DNA of 61,137 nt, counting the filler. It is 10 parts of 10 records of this genome, joined end to end, with 100 filler letters (N's around TTAATTAATTAA, not from the genome) between each part and the next. Parts side by side here need not be neighbours in the genome. Positions count along the whole stretch, not along the records: positions 16,226 to 23,851 come from SRR31147125_57261; positions 23,952 to 29,498 come from SRR31147125_57272; positions 29,599 to 36,770 come from SRR31147125_57275; 7 more parts are not named here. One strand, written 5' to 3'. Within the stretch, counting starts at the first letter, position 1, and the number at the start of each line of letters is the position of its first letter. Shown here piece by piece: positions 20,024-31,000 of the stretch. The notes below the pieces were generated by a model. That model worked only from the letters and a program-made list of their open reading frames with translations. It made no database searches and was not told the DNA's origin. The translations under genes and the position numbers were made by a program.

Positions 20024-21838
20024 ATGAAAAAAACATATATAGTTTTATGTATATTGATACTTGCGCTTAGCATGCTATTTAGCGCTTGTGCAAAAAGCAA
20101 TACAAACGGAAACGAAGAAGTAAGCGATAATGCTGATATTGTCAGCGATGTGGATGATGCGTATTCAATAGATACTAGTACAAAAAGCGACGATGTGTCG
20201 GCTATAGAAGTAAAGTATACTGAAAGCGATAAAAAGTCAGATTATGACGAAACTGATGCGGTATATATTGAACTTAGTGATGAAGATATTGTAGTATCTG
20301 GGCAAGGAGCAACCAATAAAGGGCAGATAGTGACAATTACTGAAGCGGGCACTTATGTGTTGTCAGGTGAACTTTCTGATGGGCAGATTATTGTTGAGAC
20401 TACAAAGGTCGATGATGTAACGCTTGTTCTTGATGGTGTAGACATTACAAATAAAAGCGGTAGTGCAATATATATAAAGCAGGCAGAAAAGGTTTTTATA
20501 CTGCTAAATGAAGAAAGTGAGAATATCATAAGTGACGGTAACAGTTATAGCGATGAAGAGGACGGTTCACCAGATGCTGCTATATATAGTGAAGATGATT
20601 TAACGATCCAAGGCACAGGTAGTCTTGTAGTTAACGGCAACTATAATCATGCGATTAAGACAAAGGATGAACTTGTTGTTACTGGCGGAACAATAAATAT
20701 ATCGGCTAAAGGAGATGGATTAAAAGGGAAGGATTCTGTTAGCATTTTAGACGGAGATATTACCATTGTATGTGATGGTGACGCGATAATATCAAGCAAT
20801 GATGAAGACGAAGAAAAAGGCTTTGTTTCTATTGATGGAGGCGAATTAAATATTAAAGCCGGTGTGAATGGTATTCAAGGACAGACTGCTGTGCTGATTA
20901 GTCAAGGTACAATGGATATTGATGCAATAGGCGATACTATACATAGTAATGGCAGCATTGTAGTAAATGGTGGAACGATTACATTATCGTCAGATGATGA
21001 TGGCATGCATGCAGATAATGCGCTTGATATTTTGGATGGTGAGATTAATATTAAGGGTAGCTATGAAGGGTTGGAAGGTGCCTATATTACTATAAGTGGT
21101 GGAGAGATTGTAATTAATGCTGAAGACGATGGCATTAATGCAGCTGGTGGTAGTGATGAAGATCCAAAAATGAATGACCATTTTAGTTCGTCCGGCGATT
21201 ACTTTATACTGATTGAAGGCGGAAAGTTATCTATCGATGTGGCAAACGGCGACGGTATTGATTCAAACGGTACAATAGAAATTTCGAGTGGACAGATTGA
21301 AGTTGATGGTTCGCAAAATGCGATAGAGCCTGTGATTGATACTAATGGCGGAGAAGTTGTATTTAATGGCGGAGAAGTAACAGCAGGAACTAATACGTCT
21401 ATGCTATCATTACCAACTACTGCAACTCAAACGATGGTGGCAATAATATTTGAGCAAGTCAGCAGTGAGTATATGGAGATGGAGTTGAAAGATAGCGATG
21501 GAAATGTGATTTTGGAAGCAAATTATGATTATACGTTCCCTTGTATTATTTTTGCAAGTCCAGAGCTTGAAGAAGGTGAGACTTATACTGTTGAGTTTGG
21601 TGATGGATCAAGCTTTGATTTTGAAGCAACGGGGACACTTATGACAATAAACGAAAAAGGTGAGGATATAGAATTTACAAGCCAGATGTCTGGTGGAGGC
21701 GGTCCTGGTGGAGGCGGCCCTGGTGGGGGTGAACGCCCTGATGGAGGTGAACGCCCTGATGGAGGAGGACCTTCTGGTGAAGGTGAACGCCCTGATGGAG
21801 GCGGCGGTCCTGGTGAAGGTGAACCATTTGGTGACTAA
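20024..21838 (+). CDS. Carbohydrate-binding beta-helix lipoprotein (DUF4353/Cthe_2159-like)
   Basis: Lipobox FSAC; ITEAGTYVLSG, DDGMHA, YEGLEG, DDGINA, DGIDSNG repeats; Gly/Pro-rich C-terminus. Confidence 0.88.
   Translation: MKKTYIVLCILILALSMLFSACAKSNTNGNEEVSDNADIVSDVDDAYSIDTSTKSDDVSAIEVKYTESDKKSDYDETDAVYIELSDEDIVVSGQGATNKGQIVTITEAGTYVLSGELSDGQIIVETTKVDDVTLVLDGVDITNKSGSAIYIKQAEKVFILLNEESENIISDGNSYSDEEDGSPDAAIYSEDDLTIQGTGSLVVNGNYNHAIKTKDELVVTGGTINISAKGDGLKGKDSVSILDGDITIVCDGDAIISSNDEDEEKGFVSIDGGELNIKAGVNGIQGQTAVLISQGTMDIDAIGDTIHSNGSIVVNGGTITLSSDDDGMHADNALDILDGEINIKGSYEGLEGAYITISGGEIVINAEDDGINAAGGSDEDPKMNDHFSSSGDYFILIEGGKLSIDVANGDGIDSNGTIEISSGQIEVDGSQNAIEPVIDTNGGEVVFNGGEVTAGTNTSMLSLPTTATQTMVAIIFEQVSSEYMEMELKDSDGNVILEANYDYTFPCIIFASPELEEGETYTVEFGDGSSFDFEATGTLMTINEKGEDIEFTSQMSGGGGPGGGGPGGGERPDGGERPDGGGPSGEGERPDGGGGPGEGEPFGD
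21690..21830 (+). repeat. Coding tandem repeats (GGGGP, GGERPD)
   Basis: ggtgaacgccctgatgga occurs three times; ggtggaggcgg units. Confidence 0.85.
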
Positions 21839-21859
21839 AAATATATAAAGTGATATTAG

Positions 21860-21895
21860 ATGGGATTTGACGATAAAACGTTGAATCCCATTTTT
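21860..21895 (+). terminator. Intrinsic terminator
   Basis: atgggatt...aatcccat stem plus T-run, about 20 nt after the stop. Confidence 0.75.
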
Positions 21896-22066
21896 AAATA
21901 TAGAACAAAAAAATTAACCAGTTTTTCATTATATTTGTAAATAAAAGATAAACAAAAATAATAGTATTGGACATATAATTTTAATAGTGATAGTTTATTA
22001 ATTGTGCATATATGCTACTATATTGTATAAGCTTTATAAATACTGTGGATATTACGGAGATATAAA

Positions 22067-23220
22067 ATGCAAAAATATAAACTGATAATTCTAATAACAA
22101 TTTTAATGATTTTTTTACATCATGTCAAAATACAATTCAAGACGATGATACATATTTCAAAGCACGGATAATAGGTATTACCGAGACTAATCACGATGGT
22201 AATGTAACAATGAGTGATGTTGAGTTGAAAGTTTTAGACGGACCACATGAAGGTGAAGTTTTTCATTCTATGTATGGTATTCATGTAGAACATTACAAAA
22301 ACTTCAGCTTTTTAGATGTTAATGATAAGATGCTTATTCAAATTTGGGAAGATGCAGAAACGGGTGAGATAGAAGTATATATATTAGATCATTACCGCAT
22401 ACCTCAGTTAACGATATTTTTTATTTTGTTTTTGGCGGCAATAGTCGTATTAGCAGGAAAAAAAGGATTAAAAACAGTAGTTGCTTTAGTATTAACTATT
22501 GCATGTATTGTTTTTATATTGGTTCCGATGGTATCTTCGGGACATGATGCAGTTTTTTGGGCACTTGTATGTGGTGTATTAATCAGCACAATAACTTTGG
22601 TTATTGTTGGAGGATTAAACAGAAAAACTTTTTCGGCTGTATTAGGTACATTTTTTGGTTTGGTGTGTGCAGGAGTTTTAACTTTGGTTATAACTCAAAT
22701 TATGGACATATCTAGTATTAAATCAGAAAATGTCGAATTGATTTCTATATCTAGCATAGATTTTGATTTAGATATTAGAGGGATGTTCACTGCTGGTATC
22801 TTTATAGGTTGTTTAGGTGCGGTAATGGATGTCGGTATGTCACTTTCTTCGGCAATTGCAGAAATTAAATTAGCGAATCCTGAGATAACAACAAAAGATC
22901 TCCGCAAAGCAGGTATGCGCGTTGGACAAGATATTTTGGGCACTATGTCAAATACTTTGATTTTGGCATATACAGGTGGTACTTTGATGCAGATGGTAGT
23001 TTGGAGGATATATGGATTATCGTTTTTAGATATGCTGAACTATGAATACATTGTAACAGAGATCATAAGAGCACTTGCGGGTAGTTTTGGAATGCTGCTT
23101 ACTATACCGATAACTTGCATAATAGCATCTAATCTTATTTCCTTTGATGCCGAAGCTTTTTTGGAACAAAATGAATTGATTGAATCTGGTGAAGATGTTG
23201 AAAATGAAAGTGGTTGTTAG
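22067..23220 (+). CDS. YibE/F family membrane protein; true start 22067, one-base deletion in the T-run near 22110
   Basis: GGAG RBS before ATG 22067; IG.LGAVMDV.MS..SA, G..VG.DI.GTM.NTLILAY.G motifs. Confidence 0.88.
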
Positions 23221-23355
23221 TTTTTACTATATAAAATAATAACTTTATAAATATACTGATTTGAGGTTTGTTGACAGTAAAATATATAAAACGTATAATT
23301 AAGTTTAGAAAAGTGAAATAAATATTTAAAGTATTTTTGTAAAAGGTATGTTCCT

Positions 23356-23783
23356 ATGAAAATTGATGAGATATATAAATTATTGAAAGAAAAAGGACAG
23401 AGAATCACACAGCAAAAAAAGTGATTTTATCGGTATTGGATGAAAACCAAAAAAAGCCGATGACGATAAACGAAATCTTAGAATTGCTTCCTTCTTCTGA
23501 AAACATCAATTCTGCCACTGTTTACAGAAACATTGAGAACTTAATGAAAGTTGGCATATTAGAATCTATTGCAAATGAAGCGGGAGTTGCTAAATACGTA
23601 ATAAAGTGCAATCACGACCACCATCATCATCTAATCTGTTTGGATTGTGGAAAAATGGTTCCTATAGAATGCTCTGTTGATCGATTTAGAGATGTAGCAA
23701 ACAAACACCATTTTATTGAAGCGTATCATATCTTAGAAATCTATGGTAAATGTGAAGAGTGTGTAAAGAAGCAAAAAGATTAG
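23356..23783 (+). CDS. Fur-family transcriptional repressor (Zur-like); one-base deletion in the A-run near 23415
   Basis: LKEKGQRITQQK.VIL, ATVYRN, HHHHLICLDCG, G.CEEC. Confidence 0.9.
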
Positions 23784-23793
23784 AAGTGAAATA

Positions 23794-23850
23794 TTGACTA
23801 GGAATATATAGCATGATATATTTATTGCAAATGATTTGCAATAAGGAGGT
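23794..23850 (+). promoter_or_regulatory. Sigma-A promoter with a perfect 11-1-11 Fur/Zur-type operator and RBS for the missing downstream gene
   Basis: TTGACT-N17-TATATT (TG-extended); TTATTGCAAAT-G-ATTTGCAATAA at 23822-23844; AAGGAGGT. Confidence 0.8.
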
Positions 23851-23851
23851 T

Positions 23852-23951
23852 NNNNNNNNNNNNNNNNNNNNNNNNNNNNNNNNNNNNNNNNNNNNTTAAT
23901 TAATTAANNNNNNNNNNNNNNNNNNNNNNNNNNNNNNNNNNNNNNNNNNNN
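23852..23951. other. Artificial contig spacer
   Basis: N44-TTAATTAATTAA-N44. Confidence 0.99.
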
Positions 23952-24727
23952 AAGGCCCCTCCCTTATTGAATACAGCCGCAGAGAAGAGACGGCTGATCG
24001 CTGCTTCGCATGTCGACTATCTCGTTGAAATTCCTTTCACAAATGAATTTTCCTCGCTGCCTCCTGAAGCTTTTGTTGATTCTGTCCTTATTGGCAAGTT
24101 GAAGGTAGAGCATTTGATCGTTGGCTATGATTACGCGTTCGGCAAAGGAAGGCGTGGGGATGCTCAGTTTTTGAAGGAGTTTGGTGCCAAGCGTGGTATT
24201 CATGTTGATGTGTTGCAGCCTGTCGGATCGGATGGCCAGCCTTTCAGTTCGACGCGCATTCGGAACTTACTTTTTGAAGGCGATGTTGCAGCTGTCGTTG
24301 ATTTGTTAGGAAGACAGTATAATCTTGAGGGTACGGTTGTCCCGGGCGACCAACGAGGACGAAAGATGGGATTCCCGACGGCTAACATATCAACCGAGAA
24401 GGAGTTGTTGCCAGCGCCTGGTGTCTATGTTGTCAAAGTGCGTTATGGGACTCTTGAGTATGGTGCTGTTGTCAATCTGGGAACCCGTCCGACCTTTGAA
24501 GATGGAGGCCGTGCAACGATAGAAGTTCATCTGCTTGACTTTACAGGGATTTGTACGGCGAGACTCTTCGAATCTATTTTATCGACAGGCTCCGAGGTGA
24601 GTTGAAATTCAACAATATGTCGGAACTTTCCGATGCAATCGAGAAAGACGTTCTTGCTGCTCGGCAGATTTTACCGACGGTCAATGTTGTTCAGTATCAG
24701 GAATACCTTTCTCTGAAGTCAGATTAA
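23952..24727 (+). CDS. ribF: Bifunctional riboflavin kinase/FAD synthetase (5' truncated; one-base deletion near 24547)
   Basis: VGYDYAFGKGR.G, SSTRIR, G..RGR.MGFPTAN, N.G.RPTF, IEVHLLDF.GDLYG...RLRGE.KF. Confidence 0.93.
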
Positions 24728-25023
24728 GAGTCAGTTTCTTCTCATGTGTACAAGCATGCTTTCCTTTTTAGGAGATGAATTTTTTTACATTGGAGGGCAT
24801 TAAGGGTAGCGCATTAATATCTGTTATGATATATTTCTTTCCTGAAACTTCTTTTATTAAGAAGTTTCAGGCGTTGACGTTTGCTTCTTGTGGTGTTTGG
24901 TTGTACTGGCGGCACAGGGAGAAGATGCTTTGCATTGTGGACGGGGATTCATCTGGAGACTGGTTTTATGAAGCGTTGCCTTGAAGAAAATATTCAGTAT
25001 CCATCAGAGAAGGGGCTTGATCA

Positions 25024-26727
25024 ATGAGCGTCAGTCGTCTCGGAGAATTGCTGGTTAGGAATCAACTGATCTCTGATGATCAGCTTGCCAAGGCTATTTC
25101 AGAGCAGAAAAAAGAAGGACTTCGCCTGGGTGCGGCCCTTGTTAAGCTGGGTTATGTCCAAGAACATGATCTCGCATCCTTTTTATCGAAACACTATGGT
25201 GTTCCATCAATCGATCTGGCTGAGTTCGACGTTGACCCAGCTGTTATCTCTTTGATCCCGGAAGAGGTTGCTCAGAAATATCAATTAGTTCCAATTAATC
25301 GGGCGGGTGCGACTCTGATCGTTGCGATGTCTGATCCCTCAAATATTTTCGCCATTGATGACATCAAGTTTATGACCGGCTTCAATGTTGAGGTCGTTGT
25401 CGCAGCTGAAGCCGCCATTAAAGATGCGATAGATCAGTATTATGATCAGAGTTCTTCAATGGCAGATGCTTTGGATGGTCTTGAAGATCTTGATGATCTT
25501 GAACTGGTTGACGATGTTGAGTTTGATGATGTTAATGAGCTTGAAAAGGCCAGTGAAGATGCGCCAGTTGTGAAACTGGTCAATTTGATCCTGACTGATG
25601 CGATCAAGAAAAAGGCTTCTGATATTCACATTGAACCGTATGAACACGCTTTCCGTGTGCGCTATCGAATTGACGGTGTGCTTTATGAAGTGATGAAACC
25701 TCCGAAAAAGTTGAAAAATGCGATCACCTCGCGTTTGAAGATTATGGCGTCGCTCGATATCGCTGAGCGACGTTTGCCCCAAGATGGACGGATAAAGATC
25801 AAAATGGGCAGGAACCAGGAGATGGATTACCGGGTTAACTGTCTGCCGACATTGTTCGGAGAAAAAGTGGTTCTCCGGCTTCTGGATAAAAGCAACCTAC
25901 AGTTAGATATGACAAAGCTTGGCTACGAAGAGCAAGCCTTGAAGTGGTTTCAGGAACAAATTCATAAACCCTTTGGAATGGTTTTAGTCACAGGGCCGAC
26001 TGGAAGTGGAAAAACGGTTTCCCTATATTCTGCGTTGTCGGAATTGAACAAGACAACTGAGAATATCTCAACAGCTGAAGATCCGGTTGAGTTTAACTTT
26101 GCTGGTATCAACCAGGTTCAAATGCATGAAGAAATCGGGTTGAACTTTGCGGCGGCTTTGAGGGCTTTCTTGCGGCAGGATCCTGATATTATCATGATCG
26201 GGGAGATCCGTGATTTCGAAACAGCGGAAATCGGAGTTAAAGCAGCATTGACGGGGCACCTTGTTCTCTCAACCCTGCATACGAATGATGCGCCAAGTAC
26301 GGTCAATCGTTTGTTGAATATGGGAATTGAGCCATTCTTGGTCGCTTCTGCTGTCAACCTGATTTCAGCTCAGCGTCTAGGTCGTCGTGTTTGCTCAGAA
26401 TGTAAAGTGCCAGAGAAACATCCTAAAGAGGCCTTGATTTCTGCGGGAGTCCCTGAAGATCAGATCGGTAAATTTACTGTCTATAAGGGTAAGGGGTGCT
26501 CTGTTTGTAATGATACAGGCTATAAGGGTCGAATTGGTGTCTACCAGGTCATGCCGATGTTTGAAGATATTAAAGAAATGGTCTTATCCGGGGCCAACAC
26601 GGCTGAGATTAAGCAGGAGACAATGCGACTTGGCATTAAGACCATGCGTCAATCGGCTTTGACAAAAATGATGGAAGGCGTCACGACTCTTGAGGAAGTG
26701 TTGAGAACAACTGTTGCTGATGACTGA
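25024..26727 (+). CDS. pilB: Type IV pilus assembly ATPase PilB
   Basis: N-terminal RLGELLV MshEN-like motif, ASDIHIEP, GPTGSGKT, LRQDPDIIMIGEIRD, tetracysteine. Confidence 0.97.
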   Translation: MSVSRLGELLVRNQLISDDQLAKAISEQKKEGLRLGAALVKLGYVQEHDLASFLSKHYGVPSIDLAEFDVDPAVISLIPEEVAQKYQLVPINRAGATLIVAMSDPSNIFAIDDIKFMTGFNVEVVVAAEAAIKDAIDQYYDQSSSMADALDGLEDLDDLELVDDVEFDDVNELEKASEDAPVVKLVNLILTDAIKKKASDIHIEPYEHAFRVRYRIDGVLYEVMKPPKKLKNAITSRLKIMASLDIAERRLPQDGRIKIKMGRNQEMDYRVNCLPTLFGEKVVLRLLDKSNLQLDMTKLGYEEQALKWFQEQIHKPFGMVLVTGPTGSGKTVSLYSALSELNKTTENISTAEDPVEFNFAGINQVQMHEEIGLNFAAALRAFLRQDPDIIMIGEIRDFETAEIGVKAALTGHLVLSTLHTNDAPSTVNRLLNMGIEPFLVASAVNLISAQRLGRRVCSECKVPEKHPKEALISAGVPEDQIGKFTVYKGKGCSVCNDTGYKGRIGVYQVMPMFEDIKEMVLSGANTAEIKQETMRLGIKTMRQSALTKMMEGVTTLEEVLRTTVADD

Positions 26728-26759
26728 TTTACCTGATAATAGAGGAAGGGGAAATTTCT

Positions 26760-27866
26760 ATGGCTAATATGCACCAATTGCTTAAAGCAATGATCGAACA
26801 GGGTGCATCCGATTTGCATATTTCTACCGGTTCTCCTCCACAAATCCGAATCGACGGGAAAATGTCTCCTTTGGGCAGTCCAAACCTGTCGGCCGCTGAG
26901 ACCAAGCAAATCTGTTACAGTGTTCTGACCGACGCTCAAAAAAGGAAATTCGAAGAAGAGAACGAACTCGACCTGTCTTTCGGTGTAAAAGGTTTGTCAC
27001 GTTTCCGGGGAAATATCTTTGTTCAACGTGGAGCCGTTGCTGGTGCTTTTCGTGCGATACCTTTCGAAATTAAAAGTTTTGATGATCTTGGGTTGCCTTC
27101 GGTCGTTCGTAGCTTATCAAAAAAACCGCGTGGCTTGGTTTTGGTCACAGGGCCGACTGGAAGCGGAAAATCGACAACGTTGGCAGCAATTATTGACGCT
27201 ATCAACAGTGAGCGTAGTGAACACATAATTACGGTCGAAGACCCGATAGAGTATCTCCATCCACACAAAAAGTGCCTTGTCAATCAAAGAGAGGTTGGTG
27301 CTGACACCCAATCCTTCAAAAAAGCGTTAAAATATATACTCAGGCAGGATCCGGATGTTGTTCTCTTGGGTGAGTTGAGAGATATAGAAACCATTGAAGC
27401 AGCGTTAACGATTGCAGAAACCGGACATCTTTGTTTTGCGACATTGCATACAAATTCCTGTGTCCAAACGATGAACCGGATTATCGATGTTTTTCCGACA
27501 ACACAGCAGGCACAGGTCAGGACACAACTTTCGTTTGTTTTGGAAGGCGTTCTTTCGCAGACATTGATGCCTAAGGCCAATAACCAGGGTCGTTGCATGG
27601 CATTGGAAGTCATGGTGCCGAACCCGGCGATCCGAAATCTGATTCGTGAAGATAAAATTCATCAAATTTATTCACAGATGCAGATCGGGCAGGATAAGTT
27701 TGGGATGCAGACATTGAACCAGTCACTCTTTATGCTGGCACATTCACGACAGATATCCCAAGAAGATGCTTTTTCCCGCTCTCAAGATATTGATGAGCTG
27801 AAGCAGATGTTTGCAAATCCACAAGCTGTTCTTGGTCGCCAGAGAGCTATGAGCTCTAGGCAATAG
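26760..27866 (+). CDS. pilT: Type IV pilus retraction ATPase PilT
   Basis: GPTGSGKSTT, AIRNLIRE signature, GMQT. Confidence 0.97.
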   Translation: MANMHQLLKAMIEQGASDLHISTGSPPQIRIDGKMSPLGSPNLSAAETKQICYSVLTDAQKRKFEEENELDLSFGVKGLSRFRGNIFVQRGAVAGAFRAIPFEIKSFDDLGLPSVVRSLSKKPRGLVLVTGPTGSGKSTTLAAIIDAINSERSEHIITVEDPIEYLHPHKKCLVNQREVGADTQSFKKALKYILRQDPDVVLLGELRDIETIEAALTIAETGHLCFATLHTNSCVQTMNRIIDVFPTTQQAQVRTQLSFVLEGVLSQTLMPKANNQGRCMALEVMVPNPAIRNLIREDKIHQIYSQMQIGQDKFGMQTLNQSLFMLAHSRQISQEDAFSRSQDIDELKQMFANPQAVLGRQRAMSSRQ

Positions 27867-27905
27867 GTGGATTAATCTTAAAATGTAAATTGAAAGGGGT
27901 TGGCC

Positions 27906-29122
27906 ATGCCAACGTTTGCTTGGACGGGTCGTTCTCGAGACGGTAAAAATACGAATGGAACCATGGAAGCGGCCAATGAAGCTGCCGTCACAGCAAGTTT
28001 GCGCCGCCAGGGAATACAAACAACCAAGGTTAAAGAGTCAGGTAAAGGTCTCAATGCGGACCTTAATATCAGTTTTCTAAAGCCCAAAATTACAACGAAA
28101 GATATTGTAGTTTTTACCCGACAATTTGCCACGATGATTGATGCAGGTTTGCCGTTGGTTCAGTGCCTTGATATCTTATCGTCACAGCAAGAGAACAAAA
28201 CGTTTAAAGAGATTCTCGTTAAAGTTAAAGAGGATGTCGAGTCTGGTTCAACCTTTGCCGATGCACTAAGAAAGCATCCCAAAGCGTTCAATGAATTGTA
28301 TGTTAATTTGGTTGCGGCAGGCGAGGTCGGTGGTATCCTCGATACGATTCTGAATCGTTTAGCAGCCTATATTGAAAAGGCGCTCAAGCTGAAGAAACAG
28401 GTCAAAAGCGCTATGACCTATCCGACAACAATTATTGGGATAGCTTTGGTCGTTATTGCTGTTATCCTGGTTTTTGTCATTCCGGCCTTTGAAAAAATGT
28501 TTGCAGATTTTGGGGGGGCGTTGCCAGCACCAACTCAAATTGTCATTAACTTAAGTAATTTTGTTCAGGACTATATTCTGCTGATTATCGGTCTTATTGT
28601 TGCACTTATATTTGGTGCTAAGAAGATTTATTCAACAAATAAAGGCCGCGATAAAATTGATCATTGGGCGTTGAAACTGCCGATTTTTGGTGTGTTAATC
28701 CGTAAAGTTGCTGTCGCCAAATTTTCACGAACGATGTCGACCATGATCTCCAGTGGTGTCCCGATTCTCGACGGGTTGGACATTGTGCGGAAAACAGCAG
28801 GGAACAGAACCGTTGAAAAAGCGATTGGTGACGTAAGGCAAAGCATCAGTGAGGGGAAAACGATTGCTGAGCCGTTGAAACAATCGGGTGTTTTCCTCCC
28901 ATGGTTTGTCAGATGATCGAGGTTGGTGAACAGGCGGGGGCTCTGGATACGATGCTCAGTAAAATCGCTGATTTCTACGATGATGAAGTTGATGATGCCG
29001 TGAACAATTTGACCGCAATGATGGAACCGCTATTGATGTTGTTTCTCGGTACAACCGTTGGTGGTCTGGTTATTGCGATGTACTTACCGATTTTCAAGCT
29101 TGCGGGAACTGTTGGCGGTTGA
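27906..29122 (+). CDS. pilC: Type IV pilus platform protein PilC (one-base deletion near 28891 splits the ORF)
   Basis: FTRQFATMIDAGLPL, AGEVGGILD; restored VFPPMVCQMI.VGE..G.LD.ML, IAMYLPIF. Confidence 0.95.
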
Positions 29123-29134
29123 TGCCCATCGTCT

Positions 29135-29498
29135 ATGGAGCTCAAAAACAATAATAGAATAATTGATAACCGTAGCCTGACTTGGTATTTGATTTGTCGG
29201 ACTGCGGTTATTACGTTGTTGTTGGGTGGTGCAGCAGTTCTCTATCTAAAGGGGCGATCGAACTATACGATTTACCCTTTGTTCCTTCTTATCGTCATCT
29301 CTTACGTCGAAGCTGTCTTCTCGGCTTTGTTGATCAACAGAATACAAAAAATAGATCTTTTTGCTCAGGTTCAAATTGCCTGGGATCTTCTCTTTGTTAC
29401 CGCTTTGATCATTTTAACAGGCGGCGTTGAAAGTATTTTCTCGTTTGCGTATCTCCTTATTATCGTCTCGGCCAGCTTTCTGCTGTCGAGACGAACAA
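29135..29498 (+). CDS. pilS: Sensor kinase PilS, N-terminal membrane part (3' truncated)
   Basis: Q...D..F.T.L...TGG..S.F.F.Y...I motif; position right after pilC. Confidence 0.8.
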
Positions 29499-29598
29499 NN
29501 NNNNNNNNNNNNNNNNNNNNNNNNNNNNNNNNNNNNNNNNNNTTAATTAATTAANNNNNNNNNNNNNNNNNNNNNNNNNNNNNNNNNNNNNNNNNNNN
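29499..29598. other. Artificial contig spacer
   Basis: N44-TTAATTAATTAA-N44. Confidence 0.99.
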
Positions 29599-30951
29599 TT
29601 TGTTTACTCTTTTGAAGTATTGTTTACCAGCTGCATATAGTGGTATAAATGCAAGCAATACCAAAATAGCTGCCCACATAAACATAGACTCAGTTGGTAT
29701 ATTTTCTGTTATGCCGTATTCGTTCACTACCGTTCCAGCGCCGTTTTTGATTATAAAATTGCCAATTGTAGTGCCGATTATCATGGGTATAAGTGTGAAA
29801 AACAGTACACGTATGCCCTCAAACTGACCGCGGCTCTCCTCAGGATATAGCTGTTTTAGCCACATTGTCATTGCCTGAATTATGAGTATATACCCAGCGC
29901 CAACCATAAATACTGCAAAGAACATAACAAGGTTTTGGGCAGAAAAGACAGCTGATGTATCGACAGAACCATAGTTAACAAAGAAGTATAGAATCCATAA
30001 TCCGATTATATCAATAATTATTGCCATGGTTGCAACAACGGGTGTTTTCTTTTTGTTGATTAATCCTATTGCAGGTATTGAAACAAGCATAGCAACGATA
30101 AGGCCGATACCTTGTATCAAACCCATATTTGCAGCATTGAATCCTAAATGATAAATAATCCAATTACCCATTTGCACAAAATATACATTAAAGGATATAA
30201 AATATGTTGCAGTAGTTACGCTGACAAGTACAAGCTCTTTTCGCTTGAAAAAGTTTTCGAAATTAAATACACTTGAGAATTGCTGCCAGAAAGTACCCTT
30301 CTTGTGAGGTTTCAAGTCTGGTGAGTCCTTAAGGAAAACGAGCGAAAGTATACCGACTGTAATTACGAAAATACCCATTGCCCAAAAAAGACGCTGGTAA
30401 TTGTCATTACTTCCGATTAGCAATCCGCCTATAACCGTTCCTACAATGGTACCAATAACCGGCTGTGTTGCAAGAGCGGCTCCAATCTGCCCTCGGTTTT
30501 TATCGGTTGTCATATCGTTTGTCCACGCATTGTATCCCGCATCATTTCCTATAGAACCGAAGAAACTCATAACATCATCAGCCAGTATGACGAGCACAGC
30601 GGCAAGAATGGTTAGCTTACTGCCATTCCCAACTGTTCCTTTACTAATCATCTCTGTCATACCAAATAATATGGTACATATTCCCCACATTATATATCCA
30701 AGTGAAATGTATTTCCTTCTAGTACCCTTTCGATCGGATAATGTTCCGAAAAAGAATGTTGCAAAAGTTGTTACAAGTGCGCTGGTTATAACCATAATTG
30801 TTACTATAGTCGAATCTTTCGCAATCTTTGCATAGACAAATGTGTTGAACCATTGGTTCTCAATGTTCCAGCAAAGCTGTCCGGCAAGACCAAGCCCCCA
30901 TACCAGAACCCAAAACTTACCTTTTTGAGTATTACTCATCTTATCATTCAT
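29599..30951 (-). CDS. MFS transporter (sugar/glycoside-type), last codons truncated
   Basis: About 12 hydrophobic segments; GTLSDRKGTRR motif A; GGAGG RBS. Confidence 0.9.
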
Positions 30952-31000
30952 ATAATTCCTCCAATTTCGCTTATTTAGCGTTTTTCTTCTTTAAAATATT

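Noticed and set aside
21690..21830. Short spaced repeats as a CRISPR array
   Set aside because: They are in-frame Gly/Pro coding repeats without unique spacers. No CRISPR array, cas gene, tRNA or rRNA was seen anywhere in the window.
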